Assembly (NCBI GenBank): GCA_032718475.1
Contig: JAUCBJ010000771.1
Coordinates: 1 to 38,586, forward strand
DNA length: 38,586 nucleotides
Source of the DNA: Nemertoderma westbladi
Taxonomy: Eukaryota; Animalia; Xenacoelomorpha
Direction: 5' to 3'
Shown: one piece after another, positions 10,076 to 21,640 of the stretch
Numbering within the stretch: the stretch's first letter is position 1
How the letters are laid out: each line of letters opens with the position of its first letter
Notes under the pieces: generated by a model
Told to the model about the DNA's origin: nothing
Seen by the model: the letters and a program-made list of their open reading frames with translations, nothing else
The model's database searches: none
Made by a program: the position numbers and the translations under genes

Positions 10076-12145
10076 AATACTTGTCTGTTTTTAATTATGA
10101 CATATTTATTTTTACTTCATTGATTGCCTTTCGTGCAGCGCCTAGAATAATTAGTATCATTTTTAAATAGGCGCTATATAAATTATACATTATTATTATA
10201 CAATTAATTTGGACTAAATACAGAGAAAGCATTAAACAGTAATCATAAGATTTTACATATAAATTGTTGCTAAAGTACAACATGTCAATAATATATAAAA
10301 ATTTATGGCAAAGTGACAATATGTCAATATGTATTCGCTAAACCTTTCAGTGGAGTATTGCTACAAATGACTTAAATTATATATTATGACTATTGGACAT
10401 ACTGCACATACCTACAGTATTACCTATACTGTATTTTGATTTAATAATCTTATATTTATGATTTAATAATAATTTAATAATTAGTATTTCATTATGTGAT
10501 GGGAAATAACAATCTTGTGGAAATCTATTTAACCGATCAATCAGCACCATTCTAATGAGCAGGTTGCAGTTGCACGTCCCCAGTAAAACACGTTCCGGAT
10601 TATGGCCGGCTTCATACTGGTAAATGTCTCCGGTACCCGGCTACAAACCAGCATAGAGCTCTTTTAATCCTACTTGATTCTGGAATTTTGAAGCCAGCAA
10701 TTTGCCGCTTATTGTTTACCGGAGTTCTGCTGAAAGAATGGACCTAATAGTCGCAGCTTCTACGAAGGCGGCAAAAAAGTGGATTAATAATTCTTACTTT
10801 TTGTCGGAAACGTTGTGATACTCTGTATAAAACAAGACACATGAAATTATTTATGTCTACTAATCAATCAAACGTAATGGAAGATGGCAGGTAATCAAGT
10901 CTATATCACCCCCAAAATGACCTCACATCTATACTACAGACATAAACAAAACGGCCAGTTTCTGAACAGTAGGCCTACTAACAGTATAGAAAATTCCCTT
11001 TCCCCGTCAGCCCCAGGGCAGACAACGACCCCCCACTGTGTATATTGAATCCTCAGAGATCCCGCCATTTTATTGCCGTTTCATTAACTATTTCGCCCAT
11101 TCATTTTATTGCTTCAATCTTAATAATATCAAACATTTCATATCGTATAATAATATTATTATTTCGTTTCCAGGCATTTTTTAGTTTACAAATATAAGTA
11201 TAATAAGTATAACTTTCAATTGATTTAGATTTACAGACAAATTAATTATTATTTGTAGCATTAAATAAATAATTACTAGTATCAAATTTGTTCTCAACTG
11301 CCTCTAGTACTGTAGTAGGTAATTTAATTTAATTCGAGTTCTTAGAGGAATTGGAGAAGAAGGCTGCTGCTATAAGTCTAGGCTTAGCCTATTGCCTAAT
11401 TAATTCGTTCAAGTTTCACAGTTACATTCTGCTCTGGTGGATCAAAATATATTATTACGTAAGTAAAATGTTTCGAATTTATTTACATTATTTTTTTTTT
11501 ATAAAGTTCAGGTGGTAGTGTTACTGTATAATGTTTATTTTAGTGTATAGACCTACGGTACCGTACACCTGCCGTATGTCATTAAAGGTAAGAGAGATGG
11601 TGAGGGTGGGTTTGTATGTGGTGTTAGATGATGATAATTCACGTGGGACGAGTTTGTGTGTGTTAGATAATACATTTATATCCATAATTCATGGGTTTAT
11701 GTGTTAGAAAATAAAATTATGCGTGAAATGTATGATAGTTTAGTGTGGCATTGATTACCATTAGGCTCTCCAGATGTAATTATTGTCATCTGTTTACTGT
11801 TTTATTCTTACTTTATAGCGCTACCTAAAAGGGGAACCAAGTTGTAAAAGAAGATTTGGAGGAAGGAGTGAATGGAATATCAACCCCCAGGAGAGTGGAT
11901 GGTCTGTACGGAAACTGAACAGAACACCAACGGTTATTAGCATTAGGGGCGGAGCGGATGGACTGTATGGGAACTGAACAGAATATCAACCGCTGAAAGG
12001 AAGAGTGAATAGACTATAAAAGTTGTTTTGATGTCATAACTTACTTGTTTTTTGCCATTTCTTCTATAAGAGAAAGTGTTTTTTGGGTGTTGTGGGGCGA
12101 TTAGAAATTTTCAAACTTACGAATTATTCGCCATTGTTATGAATA

Positions 12146-12404
12146 GAGACAGGGGGGGGGGGGGGGGACTGGACGCAAATCCCGCCTTGGCGAATTAATA
12201 TCCCGCCTCAATGTTAAATTCTCAATTTAGGGAAAGGAACAGGTTACAGTGGCACGTTATTTTAACCAAAACAATAAACTAAGCACAATAGAACAGGTTA
12301 CAGTTTTATTTTGGAGAGTAATCAGCTGTTATTTGTGTCCAATTTCCTTGGGGAGGGATGAATTTTTATTGCGTCCAGTTTCCCCCCATTTCCCCCCATA
12401 CCTG
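12146..12404. mobile_element. hAT-like MITE
   Basis: 8-bp direct repeat TATGAATA at 12138-12145 and 12405-12412. Inverted ends G-run-ACTGGACGCAA and TTGCGTCCAGT-C-runs-CTG; the left tip is degenerate. Confidence 0.6.
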
Positions 12405-13219
12405 TATGAATAATATAATTTTTTTGTTATCCTAAAAGATAAAAGGGTTAGGCTTACATTATTATATTTTAAATAATTTACTTCGGTTTGTATCCACGTG
12501 TTATTATTGCAAATACAGTATAATGGAAATTGTTTTCTTTACATGTTTTAAGAATATTGGAATAATTATGTTATACGTTGCATAATAATGAGAAAATAAA
12601 ACAGAAATGTTATAAGAATGCAATGATAGAATTACAATATTAGCTTATTGTCACGCATTAGAAGGTTAATTTTAGAGCACTGGCATAATGACCGCAACGC
12701 AATTTTTTTTTAGTGTTTTTGAAACATTAATTTAATTTAATTTAAAACATTAAGTGAAAGGAGCCGGATACTGTGGTGGTGTTTTCTAATCAAAAACATA
12801 AACAAACTTTATTTCACTTCCGGTCAATTTGCACTGAAGATCACCATTTTCACTTGTAGTCGGTCAATCAATTTCCGCACTATCTGTAATTTTAAGGGTG
12901 GGAAATTTATTCTTGTACATAGTGTTAAAATAAATAACACTGGTGATGATATTAGTACCTGTAGTTCTCGAATACTGCTGAAAGTACACTTTTATTTTCT
13001 GAAATAATGTTAAATCTAGCATTCGTTTTTGAATTGCAATATTATCTGAATATATTTCTTGAATATAGATGTTACTAATAAACAATATTTTAATGTTGAT
13101 GGTTTGCGGGGAATGTACATGTACAAAGTTTTATTTTGAACTAATTTAATTACTGCTACTCAGTCCCTACATACTGCATATTAAGGTGACAGGACTATAT
13201 TGACATTTCGAATAACTAA

Positions 13220-13523
13220 GGCCCGCCGAACACTAGAGATGCAAGATACCAGATGCATCGCATTTTATTTGATATATTGATAGCTTTTATGTTATTTATT
13301 TATTTTAATGTATATTTCAAAGAATTTATCATGCATCTTGCATCTCTTCTGTACAGCCTCCCATAGTCTACCATGTATTCTATATTCGAGATGCAAGATG
13401 CAAAAAATAGAACATCGAGGATGTCCTTTTTTGCATCTTGCATCTCTAGTGTGCGTGGTCTGATAGGAAATAATGTATTCTAAAAAAAAATTTGCATCTT
13501 GCATCTCTAGTGTGCGCCGGGCC
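13220..13523. mobile_element. PIF/Harbinger (Tourist-like) MITE
   Basis: ~28-bp TIRs GGCCCG.CG.ACACTAGAGATGCAAGAT, TAA target duplication (13217-13219 and 13524-13526), and internal copies of CATCTTGCATCT. Confidence 0.88.
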
Positions 13524-14075
13524 TAAACTGTATTGCTGTCTCAAAATAAAACAGTTGATTAATATTGGGAGACCAACAGTAGTACAATTCCGTATAAATT
13601 CTGGCGACAAAGCCGCTACAAATTTCCGTCTGGTACAAAAAATTATAAAGGCGACAAAGCCGCTACAAATTTCCGTCTGGCAGCTAGGTGTTATCATGGC
13701 AACTGGCTATAACTTCCCGGCAACATTCCAGCTATTTGTCGCACCCCAAACCATGTCCCGATAGGATTACATGTTAATTTATCCACGGTGGGCTATGGCA
13801 GGTGGCGACATTTCCGGAAAAATGGGTACCATAAAAGCTGCAAAGTAGCCGAGACATTTTGCCAGTCTACAGCCGCCAGACATGGCCTGCAAGCCGGATA
13901 AATATTTCTGAAAATTTGCCAGAAACGGTTTTCCTGGGTCATTTTAACCAAAACAATAAGTGTCAGTTAATAGCACAGGTTTCCAGTACAAATTTCGACC
14001 CAACACGCTGCCTGCCCCTCTTAATTATCTGCCAACACCAACATACAGTACAGTACAAATACAAATTAAACTCAC

Positions 14076-14245
14076 TGATTTTACTGCGTTGGAGATCTTT
14101 ATAAATCGAACAGTCCCTGAGTTGGTGTTGTTAACATATAAACCGTAGTGGTTGTTGATGGCTCTGCTTGAATCTACAGACCACGTCAGTTCTATTGACC
14201 AGGGTGATTGCGGTGTGGCTGACAGTTCTTCCGGGATCTTGGGAT
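14076..14245 (-). CDS. LAR-like receptor gene, exon 5 of 5 found (first half of FN3-3)
   Basis: Acceptor ttttccag, donor gtgagt, phase 1 to 0. Encodes PKIPEELSATPQSPWSIELTWSVDSSRAINNHYGLYV... Confidence 0.8.
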
Positions 14246-14641
14246 CTGGAAAATAATGACTGTACTGTAAACACAGACTGTACTGCTGTATACCGGTAGG
14301 CCTACTGCTGTACTGTAACATTGCACACTGTACTGCTCTTTACCGGTAGGCCTACTGCTGTACTGTGAAGTGAAAGACTTAGTGGTACTCCACTACGCCA
14401 GTGCTCTGGTTCTCATTACTCAGGCTGTCAGGCCTCCCCCAGGCAGGCCTTCTACTACTGCATAGGCCTACTGCTGTAGCAGGAGCTGTGTACTGTCCAC
14501 TCAGTTTGTACAACTGTACAATACGGCAATAGGCCTAGAGCTGTAGAGCATAGAGTAATATTTAGGCCTAGTGATATTATAATAATTCAATAGTTGTACG
14601 CTCCTCTCTAACACGCGAGCATCAACAACCGGTACATAAAT

Positions 14642-15556
14642 ATGATTTTGTTAGAAATCGAAAATCGCGTAGTTCGGGAGACATTGGATGTCCGATTCGC
14701 TACGGCGGCTGGGAGTAAACCCGAACCTGTGACGGTAATTGTGGCCGACTTCGACGGCGTACAGTACCACATACACAACCCGGGGGGCGATAAAACCAAG
14801 GTGCAGGTCTCCATCGCCATGAAATTCTACAAAGAGCTGGAACAGTTCTCGGCTTTAGATCTACTGCGGGCGGAATACGGGGATCATCTCTGCGAGAAGG
14901 CTGAGAATGGATACAACGTGAGTTTAATCTACGATCTAACGAGTCTGCCTGCTGATCCTGCCGCCAGGGACTTGCTCTCGAAGAAAGCGGCCTCCTTAAA
15001 GCGAAACTGTTTTGCCACCGTGTTTATGAAGTACTTCGAATGGCAACAGAGCGGCGAGACAGAACATAAACGCGCGGTTATCCATTACCGGGACGACGAG
15101 ACAATGTATGTGGAGGCCCAGCATGATAGAGTCACAGTTATATTCAGCACCGTATTCAAAGACGAAGACGACATTGTAATCGGGAAGGTGTTCATGCAAG
15201 AGTTCAAAGAAGGTCGTAAAGCCACTGGTGCCAATCCCCAGATTTTGTTCAGCCATAAGAACCCGCCGCTCGAGTTACAGAAGACACCGGGAGCTCGTTC
15301 TGGAGATAATATCGGCTACATTACCTTTGTGTTGTTTCCACGTCACTTCACTTCCGCCACGCGGGATAACACAATCAATCTGATTCACACGCTTCGTAAC
15401 TACCTTCACTATCACATCAAATGCACCAAGGCCTACATCCATTCTCGGATGCGCGCCAAGACAACTGAGTTCCTAAAAGTCCTCAACCGTGCGCGGCCTG
15501 ATAGCGACTCGAAGGCTCAGAAAAAAACCATAACTGGTAAAACTTTCAATAAATAG
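14642..15556 (+). CDS. ARPC2: Actin-related protein 2/3 complex subunit 2 (p34-Arc), intronless
   Basis: Full-length 304 aa with the family motifs [45 protein letters not shown] and [20 protein letters not shown]. Confidence 0.98.
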   Translation: MILLEIENRVVRETLDVRFATAAGSKPEPVTVIVADFDGVQYHIHNPGGDKTKVQVSIAMKFYKELEQFSALDLLRAEYGDHLCEKAENGYNVSLIYDLTSLPADPAARDLLSKKAASLKRNCFATVFMKYFEWQQSGETEHKRAVIHYRDDETMYVEAQHDRVTVIFSTVFKDEDDIVIGKVFMQEFKEGRKATGANPQILFSHKNPPLELQKTPGARSGDNIGYITFVLFPRHFTSATRDNTINLIHTLRNYLHYHIKCTKAYIHSRMRAKTTEFLKVLNRARPDSDSKAQKKTITGKTFNK

Positions 15557-15942
15557 TCTGCTGCTGATTATCCAGACTCCCTAATTATTTATATAGAATA
15601 TCTAATTTAATATTTTATCGATTGAAATCATATACGTAAAGAGTTAAAGTAATCAACTGTCGAATTAAGTAAATAAGAGTTACTTTCCATCAGTGATTAA
15701 ATATAAATCGCACTGAATAACTCTATTAGACGTGAATTCAAATTGTCGAGCTAAAAGTTTTATTATTCTATCAGCGATTCGACTATGTTTATTATTTATT
15801 GATGGTTGTATTTTTTATCTGCAATCCATATCTATTTATATTTAATGAGGTCTATATATATTTAATCTGCAATTAAAAAAAATAAATTTGTATTTTGCAA
15901 TCTTTGATTTCGACAAATCGTATAATAATTTAAACAGGTGGT

Positions 15943-16183
15943 GGGCCGTGGTGTTGTGGTTGAGTCGGTTGCCTTTGAGAGGTCTCGATCCCAGCATGGG
16001 GATGGGTAGTTTACGACTCAAATGCTTTAAAGGGTCTAACCGGGGTACCTTTAATCTTAATGGTAGATAGTTGAGTACCTGATTCATCTGGGGGGGGGGG
16101 GGGGGGGTGTTATGGTTGGACTGTATGTGAAATTCCTTTAGTCATTGTTCGAGATCATTGGTGTAATAGCCGACTTTACTTTT
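15943..16183 (+). mobile_element. Degenerate tRNA-derived SINE
   Basis: A-box-like TGGTGTTGTGG, B-box-like GGTCTCGATCCC, central GAGTACCTGA and an (ACTTT)n tail. Confidence 0.55.
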
Positions 16184-17359
16184 CAGCACAAATTTTGGAA
16201 TCAAAATTTGTAACTTGCAGGACATTATTATACATCAGCCCTCACCACTAGGATGCATTGCAGCCGTTTAACGCAACAACTTCCCCAGTTTGCGATCAGC
16301 CTTGTCAGACAATATATCAGTCGTGACCGCAGGGTTTTGGTTGGTACATGACATGTTACCGAAGTTATTTTATCTCTTGCCCTGACAACACTGTAAATCG
16401 CTAACCAGTGTACATTAGTTATACTGTAGTTTATTGTTTTGGTTAGAACTCCCGACACCAGTAGCCTGCTCTTAATTCAGAAATTAGTAAAGAAAAAGTC
16501 AGGTGTTACTCGAGTGGTGCGGACACAGGTTGTCTTGAATCGAGTTGTCCCGTCCCGTTTCACTTGTGTAACACGCGACTCACAAGGTTGTCGAATTGGC
16601 ATTCATTCTAAATGTCGTCGTTACAAAATTGTTCAATGTGATGCGAATTTAGCCGAGTCTTCCAGTAAATACAAGTATTCTAGTGAGTGTATTCAATGAG
16701 TTTATAACCACCCGTATACATCTAAAATATTTTAATGTTCTATTATATTATTATTGTTAATGTTTTTATAAAAAATATTTAAATAAAGCGGAAAATAATT
16801 GTCAAATTAACTCATATCGATAACCGTCACATTTAATAATTTTAATGTGTAAATAATGATGAAAACTGTACCATTTAATGGGAAGTATTCTTTATTACAA
16901 TGTACTGTATTAAATATCAAATTTAATTAATTTATTGGCTACTTATTGTATGAGCGATTCTGCGTATTATAGGCTGTTAATGTGATTCACCTACATTTGG
17001 GGTCAGCAGGTAACAAAGCCCTTGCTATCCATGGAGGCACTAATAAAGAACAATTTAAAAACATGTCTATCTAGTGAGAGAAATACACACCAAATTAATA
17101 GCGGGTACAAAATGACATTATACCATCACCTTAGAATATAGAGTACAGTACATAGTGCTATAGTTTAATATACCCATACCGAGAGACATATGGCACCATT
17201 ATGTATAATAAAGTGGGCCCTATAGGTAAAATAATGACGCATGATATTGACACATAATGGCGGTACTCCCTAATCAGTATGATATTTTTGAATCAGTATG
17301 ATATATTTTTTTATTTTTTTATGGATATTATTATAGATTATTACAATAATTATGGTACA

Positions 17360-17650
17360 CGTTCGTGGGGCGTCGAGCAGCACGCGAACTTGAGCAACTT
17401 CGAAACAAGTTCGGTTTGATCTGGAGTCAAAAGTTCGAGAGGTATTTGCCCATAACTTGAAAAAATATTGGAACTTTTTCTCTAGTATGCCCATACAAAA
17501 TTTGGTTGAAAATTGTTTTTTTAAATCTTCAAAAGTTATTTACGAATGAATTTTTCATTACAGACAGACGGACATAATACAGTACATACAGTATGTCGAA
17601 TTCCAACTATATAGGTCATGCGACTGTAGAACAGCTAGGTGAGCTAACAG
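17360..17650 (+). mobile_element. DINE/Helentron-like non-autonomous element fragment
   Basis: CAGACAGACGGACA microsatellite core followed by ...GGTGAGCTAA, plus inverted GTTCGTG/CGCGAAC near the start. Confidence 0.35.
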
Positions 17651-17862
17651 AAGAACAAATTTAATTAATTATTGTAATTTTGCAATGAACCAATTAATAT
17701 TGGCTCATTGAAATTGCTGTCCATTACCGTCTTGATGTACGTACAGTAGGCCTAATCTTCTGGTATTCTCAGATGTCCATAACTAACTTTCAGGCCTCAT
17801 AGGCCTACATACTGTACACCTGTCTTCTTCTCTTTCTAACGTCACTGTTCTGAATGCATCGA

Positions 17863-18195
17863 TTACATTGGGGGTTTTAGACTCTGTTGCCGTTGTCTGC
17901 TCTTTCCCCCTGTAGTGTCTGCTCGCAGCGTCATATCGGCGTAGGGGTCGTTTTTATCAGCAGTGAGAGACTGAAGAATTTCTTTCATTTCACAAGTTGC
18001 GGCTGTCTGTTTATCCAGGAAGTTGGTCGACTGCGCCATGGTCCAAACCTTTCTGATTCGATTTTTTGAAATGACGTGTTTTTTATATTCCAATTCGAAC
18101 GCTTCGAATTCACTTTTGGAATATGCCCTAGTTCGAAATATTTTGGATTTTTCTTCAGAAACTACGGATTTAGTCTTTGTTTTCCAACAAAACAT
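17863..18195 (-). CDS. Possible small hypothetical protein (110 aa) or terminal exon
   Basis: ATG-started ORF, charged and more GC-rich than its flanks. The frame stays open 25 codons upstream of the ATG. No recognisable domain. Confidence 0.3.
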   Translation of the reverse strand: MFCWKTKTKSVVSEEKSKIFRTRAYSKSEFEAFELEYKKHVISKNRIRKVWTMAQSTNFLDKQTAATCEMKEILQSLTADKNDPYADMTLRADTTGGKSRQRQQSLKPPM

Positions 18196-18454
18196 ATTGA
18201 TTAACCTCAGAATATTTTTATGTATTAGCCTAACGTTTTTACTAGTATTTTCGATACTTCCCCAAAGATCTCAAACTCATGCTGTAGGTCTACTGTACAT
18301 TCAGTGTACTGTATTTAGGCCTAATGAACAGTATACTTTTAGGGTTGGCACAAATTAAATAATGGTATAAGGTTGAAGTAATTAATTCAAGTTCTCTGAA
18401 AATGTTTTTATTATAACTTAAATATTATAAATTATTTTATTAATGTAAAGCCGA

Positions 18455-18483
18455 GCCCGTGGCCTTCCGCTACGGCTTACTAG
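18455..18483 (+). mobile_element. Helitron 3' terminus
   Basis: Hairpin CCGTGG...CTACGG followed by CTAG and then T, the canonical Helitron end. Confidence 0.55.
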
Positions 18484-18610
18484 TCGATAAACTTCTTCAC
18501 CATTTCAAACATAAATTAATAATTAACGAAAAATTAATAATTAATAATTAACGTCCCATAAGTGAGCATTCTCTCAAACAAACTGTATAAAGCTGCTTTA
18601 CTTGGAGGAA

Positions 18611-19685
18611 GGATCCAACTTGGATCCGTTCAATCCAACTTGGATCCGTCTAATCCAACTTGATCCGTTCAATCCAACTTGGATCCGTCCAATCCAACTT
18701 GGATCCGTTCAATCCAACTTGGATCCGTTCAATCCAACTTGGATCCGTCCAATCCAACTCGGATCCGTCCAACATCCAACTTGGATCCGTCCAACATCCA
18801 ACATGGATCCGTCCAACATCCAACTTGGATCCGTCCAACATCCAACTTGGATCCGTCCAACATCCCACTTGGATCCGTCCAACATCCAACTTGGATCCCT
18901 CCAACATCCAACTTGGATCCGTCCAACATCCAACTTGGATCCGTCCAACATCCAATTTGGATCCGTTCAATCCAACTTGGATCCGTCCAACATCCAACTT
19001 GGATCCGTCCAACATCCAACTTGGATCCGTCCAACATCCAACTTGGATCCGTCCAACATCCAACTTGGATCCGCCCAACATCCAACTTGGATCCGTCCAA
19101 CATCCAACTTGGATCCGTCCAACATCCAACTTGGATCCGTTCAATCCAACTTGGATCCGTCCAACATCCAACTTGGATCCGCCCAACATCCAACTTGGAT
19201 CCGTCCAACATCCAACTTGGATCCGTCCAACATCCAACTTGGATCCGTTCAATCCAACTTGAATCCGTCCAACATCCAACTTGGATCCGTCCAATCCAAC
19301 TTGGATCCGTCCAATCCAACTTGGATCCGTCCAATCCAACTTGGATCCGTTCAATCCAACTTGGATCCGTTCAATCCAACTTGGATCCGTTCAATCCAAC
19401 TTGGATCCGTTCAATCCAACTTGGTTCCGTCCAACATCCAACTTGGAACCGTCCAATCCAACTTGGATCCGTCCAATCCAACTTGGATCCGTTCAATCCA
19501 ACTTGGATCCGTCCAATCCAACTTGGATCCGTCCAATCCAACTTGGATCCGTTTAATCCAACTTGGATCCGTTCAATCCAACTTGGATCCGTTCAATCCA
19601 ACTTGGATCCGTCCAATCCAACTTGGATCCGTCCAATCCAACTTGGATCCGTCCAATCCAACTTGGATCCGTCCAATCCAACTTA
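18611..19685. repeat. 20/22-bp palindromic minisatellite, left arm
   Basis: About 50 units of TCCAACTTGGATCCGT(C/T)CAA, with or without an extra CA. Confidence 0.98.
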
Positions 19686-21561
19686 CTACTACTACTACTA
19701 TGATCGGCATGCTGCATTGCAGCTGCATTTTTAAGAATGCTGTGCCGGCTTGTCAACAAAATTGCACCGCCACAACTCCCTATCACCCATGACATTTGCT
19801 AGATCATCCGCATCTTTAAGGCCAGTGTCCTTTAAGATGCGTCTCAAGAAAGTCATGGGCTGTCCACCATGCTTATTCACTCCATGAGGCTGCCAAAGTA
19901 CAAGATTATGCACTGGCTGGTCCTCACGGCGAAAGCAATGTCCTGCAAAGCGGAGGCGATTTTGTTCTAGTGTCAAGCTTGGGGGAACCAATGAGACACC
20001 TCCAATGTTATATAGTGTCTGGTTGGAGATGTGTGCATTGTACTTGACACAATGAACCCGGCGTAGCATTCTTGTGAATGTGCCATCCAGAGATTTGGTG
20101 TCCTCAGCAGTTAGAGCCCAGCATGGACTCCCGTAGAGGAGTACTGGAACTACTGCTGCTTTAAATAATCGGACCTTAAGTTTCCGATTAATTCTCGGTG
20201 ACTTCCAAATCCTGGAAAGCCTATTCAAGGCTGCCCATGCCTTACCCTTACGTATTCTAAGGTCCTCACCTGACTTCCGGATCCATGATCCCAGGTAACA
20301 GAAGTCGTCCACATGCTCAAGCATACCATCCTTTGAGCTTATGCTCATCCGATCAGAGACTTGCTGAGGACTTTCAAAGTTAACTGTCAGAATTTTGGTC
20401 TTTCTGGAGTTAATAAAAAGACCAACACTAGAAGCAGCATGTTCTAATGAGCTGAGGAGCCGTTGGGCTCCCTCTAATGATTCTGATAGTACTCCTAAGT
20501 CATCAGCAAAGTCTAGATCAGTTAGGTACTTGGCAGGATTTCCTCGACTTCTGGAGCCAGTAGGTGGAGTTATCATCACCCCATCATCATTATAATGATC
20601 TAAGGATATGCGTAGAACATAGTCAACCACAATAATGAACAAGAATGGTGCAAGTGTGTCTCCTTGGAGGACGCCCCATAACACTTCAAATGGTTCTGTG
20701 TCACCGTCAACAGTAGACACAAATGTTGTCGAACCATCGTATACTGATCTGATTGCTGCAATAATTTCATCAGGAATCCCATATAATGAAAGTATGCTGA
20801 ACATACGTGAGCGAGAGACTGAATCAAAGGCCTTGAAGAAATCAACAAAGATAACAGCCAGATGCCTGTCTTTCTTTTTTGATAACTCTTCAATTATCCT
20901 TCTAAGTGCCAAAATGGGCTCCATGGTCCCACGACCTTTACGGAACCCATTCTGATTTCCACGGAGCAGTCTCTCAATGGGATCCCTGATGCGATTTAAT
21001 AGAATCCTATTGTATAGCTTTGCAGCAATCGAGATCAATGAGATTCCCCGAAAAGAACCATAGAGTGTTAGGTTGCCCTTCTTGGGAACTGGCACCAACT
21101 TATTTGTTTTCATTTCTTGTGGGACTCTTGTTGTTCGGTACATGTCTACTATGATGGGATAGATGAGCTTTAAACACTCAGGTATTTTAAAGACCTCAGG
21201 GGGAACACCATCTACTCCACTGGCACGATTGGTCTTAATGCTCTTTGCAGCAGCCTTCACTTCTGCAAAGGAGATATCGCCAATGGGAATATCTGGGAGT
21301 ACAGACTCGGACACTTTTACTTCTATAAAGTTATCAGGCAATACCCTGTCATTATTGAGGAGCTTTTCAAAGTGGGCTTTCCAACCATTGAGGCGATCGG
21401 CTGGTGATTCAGCCTTAACCTTGGTGGTTGGTTGGCTTTTCCGCCCAGTAAGCAGATTGATCGATTTCCATGCCTGGGATGATTGCCTGCTGTCGTCAGC
21501 ATCATTGATGGCATCAACCTGTTGGTTTATTAGCTCCTGTAGATTAGCAGAGTACTGCCTG
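19686..21561 (-). mobile_element. 5'-truncated RTE-clade LINE with an intact RT ORF (stop at 19731)
   Basis: Motifs FRGISL, QNGFRKGR, DFFKAFDSV, GVLQGDTLAPFLF, LDFADD and RLRFAGHC. (TAG)n tail at 19686-19699. 29-bp flanking duplication at 19657-19685 and 21562-21590. Confidence 0.93.
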
Positions 21562-21640
21562 TCCAACTTGGATCCGTCCAATCCAACTTAGATCCGTTCA
21601 ATCCAACTTGGATCCGTTCAATCCAACTTGGATCCGTTCA
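21562..21640. repeat. 20-bp minisatellite, right arm
   Basis: Four more units of the same repeat resume after the RTE 5' junction. Confidence 0.95.

Larger units (their letters stand above)
5400..10199 (+). mobile_element. Near-full-length L2-clade (CR1 group) non-LTR retrotransposon; 5' boundary uncertain
   Basis: Intact ORF1 and ORF2, 3' stem-loop AGCGCCTA (10137-10144)/TAGGCGCT (10168-10175), and a (TTA)n tail ending near 10199. Confidence 0.92.
10579..13938. mobile_element. Candidate non-autonomous CMC/EnSpm-like DNA transposon
   Basis: Imperfect TIRs CCCAGTAAAACACGTTCCGG and (reverse complement) CCCAGGAAAACCGTTTCTGG, TC on both flanks, and a shared inverted subterminal motif ACTGG.AAATGTCTC..CGGCTAC. 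Confidence 0.4.

Noticed and set aside
10981-11070. Possible next FN3 exon on the minus strand (GISEDSIYTV/SLSALGLTGKG)
   Set aside because: It needs a frameshift, has no acceptor site, and has an in-frame stop just upstream.
18602-19792. Multiple long ORFs on both strands
   Set aside because: They are translations of the stop-poor 20/22-bp satellite.
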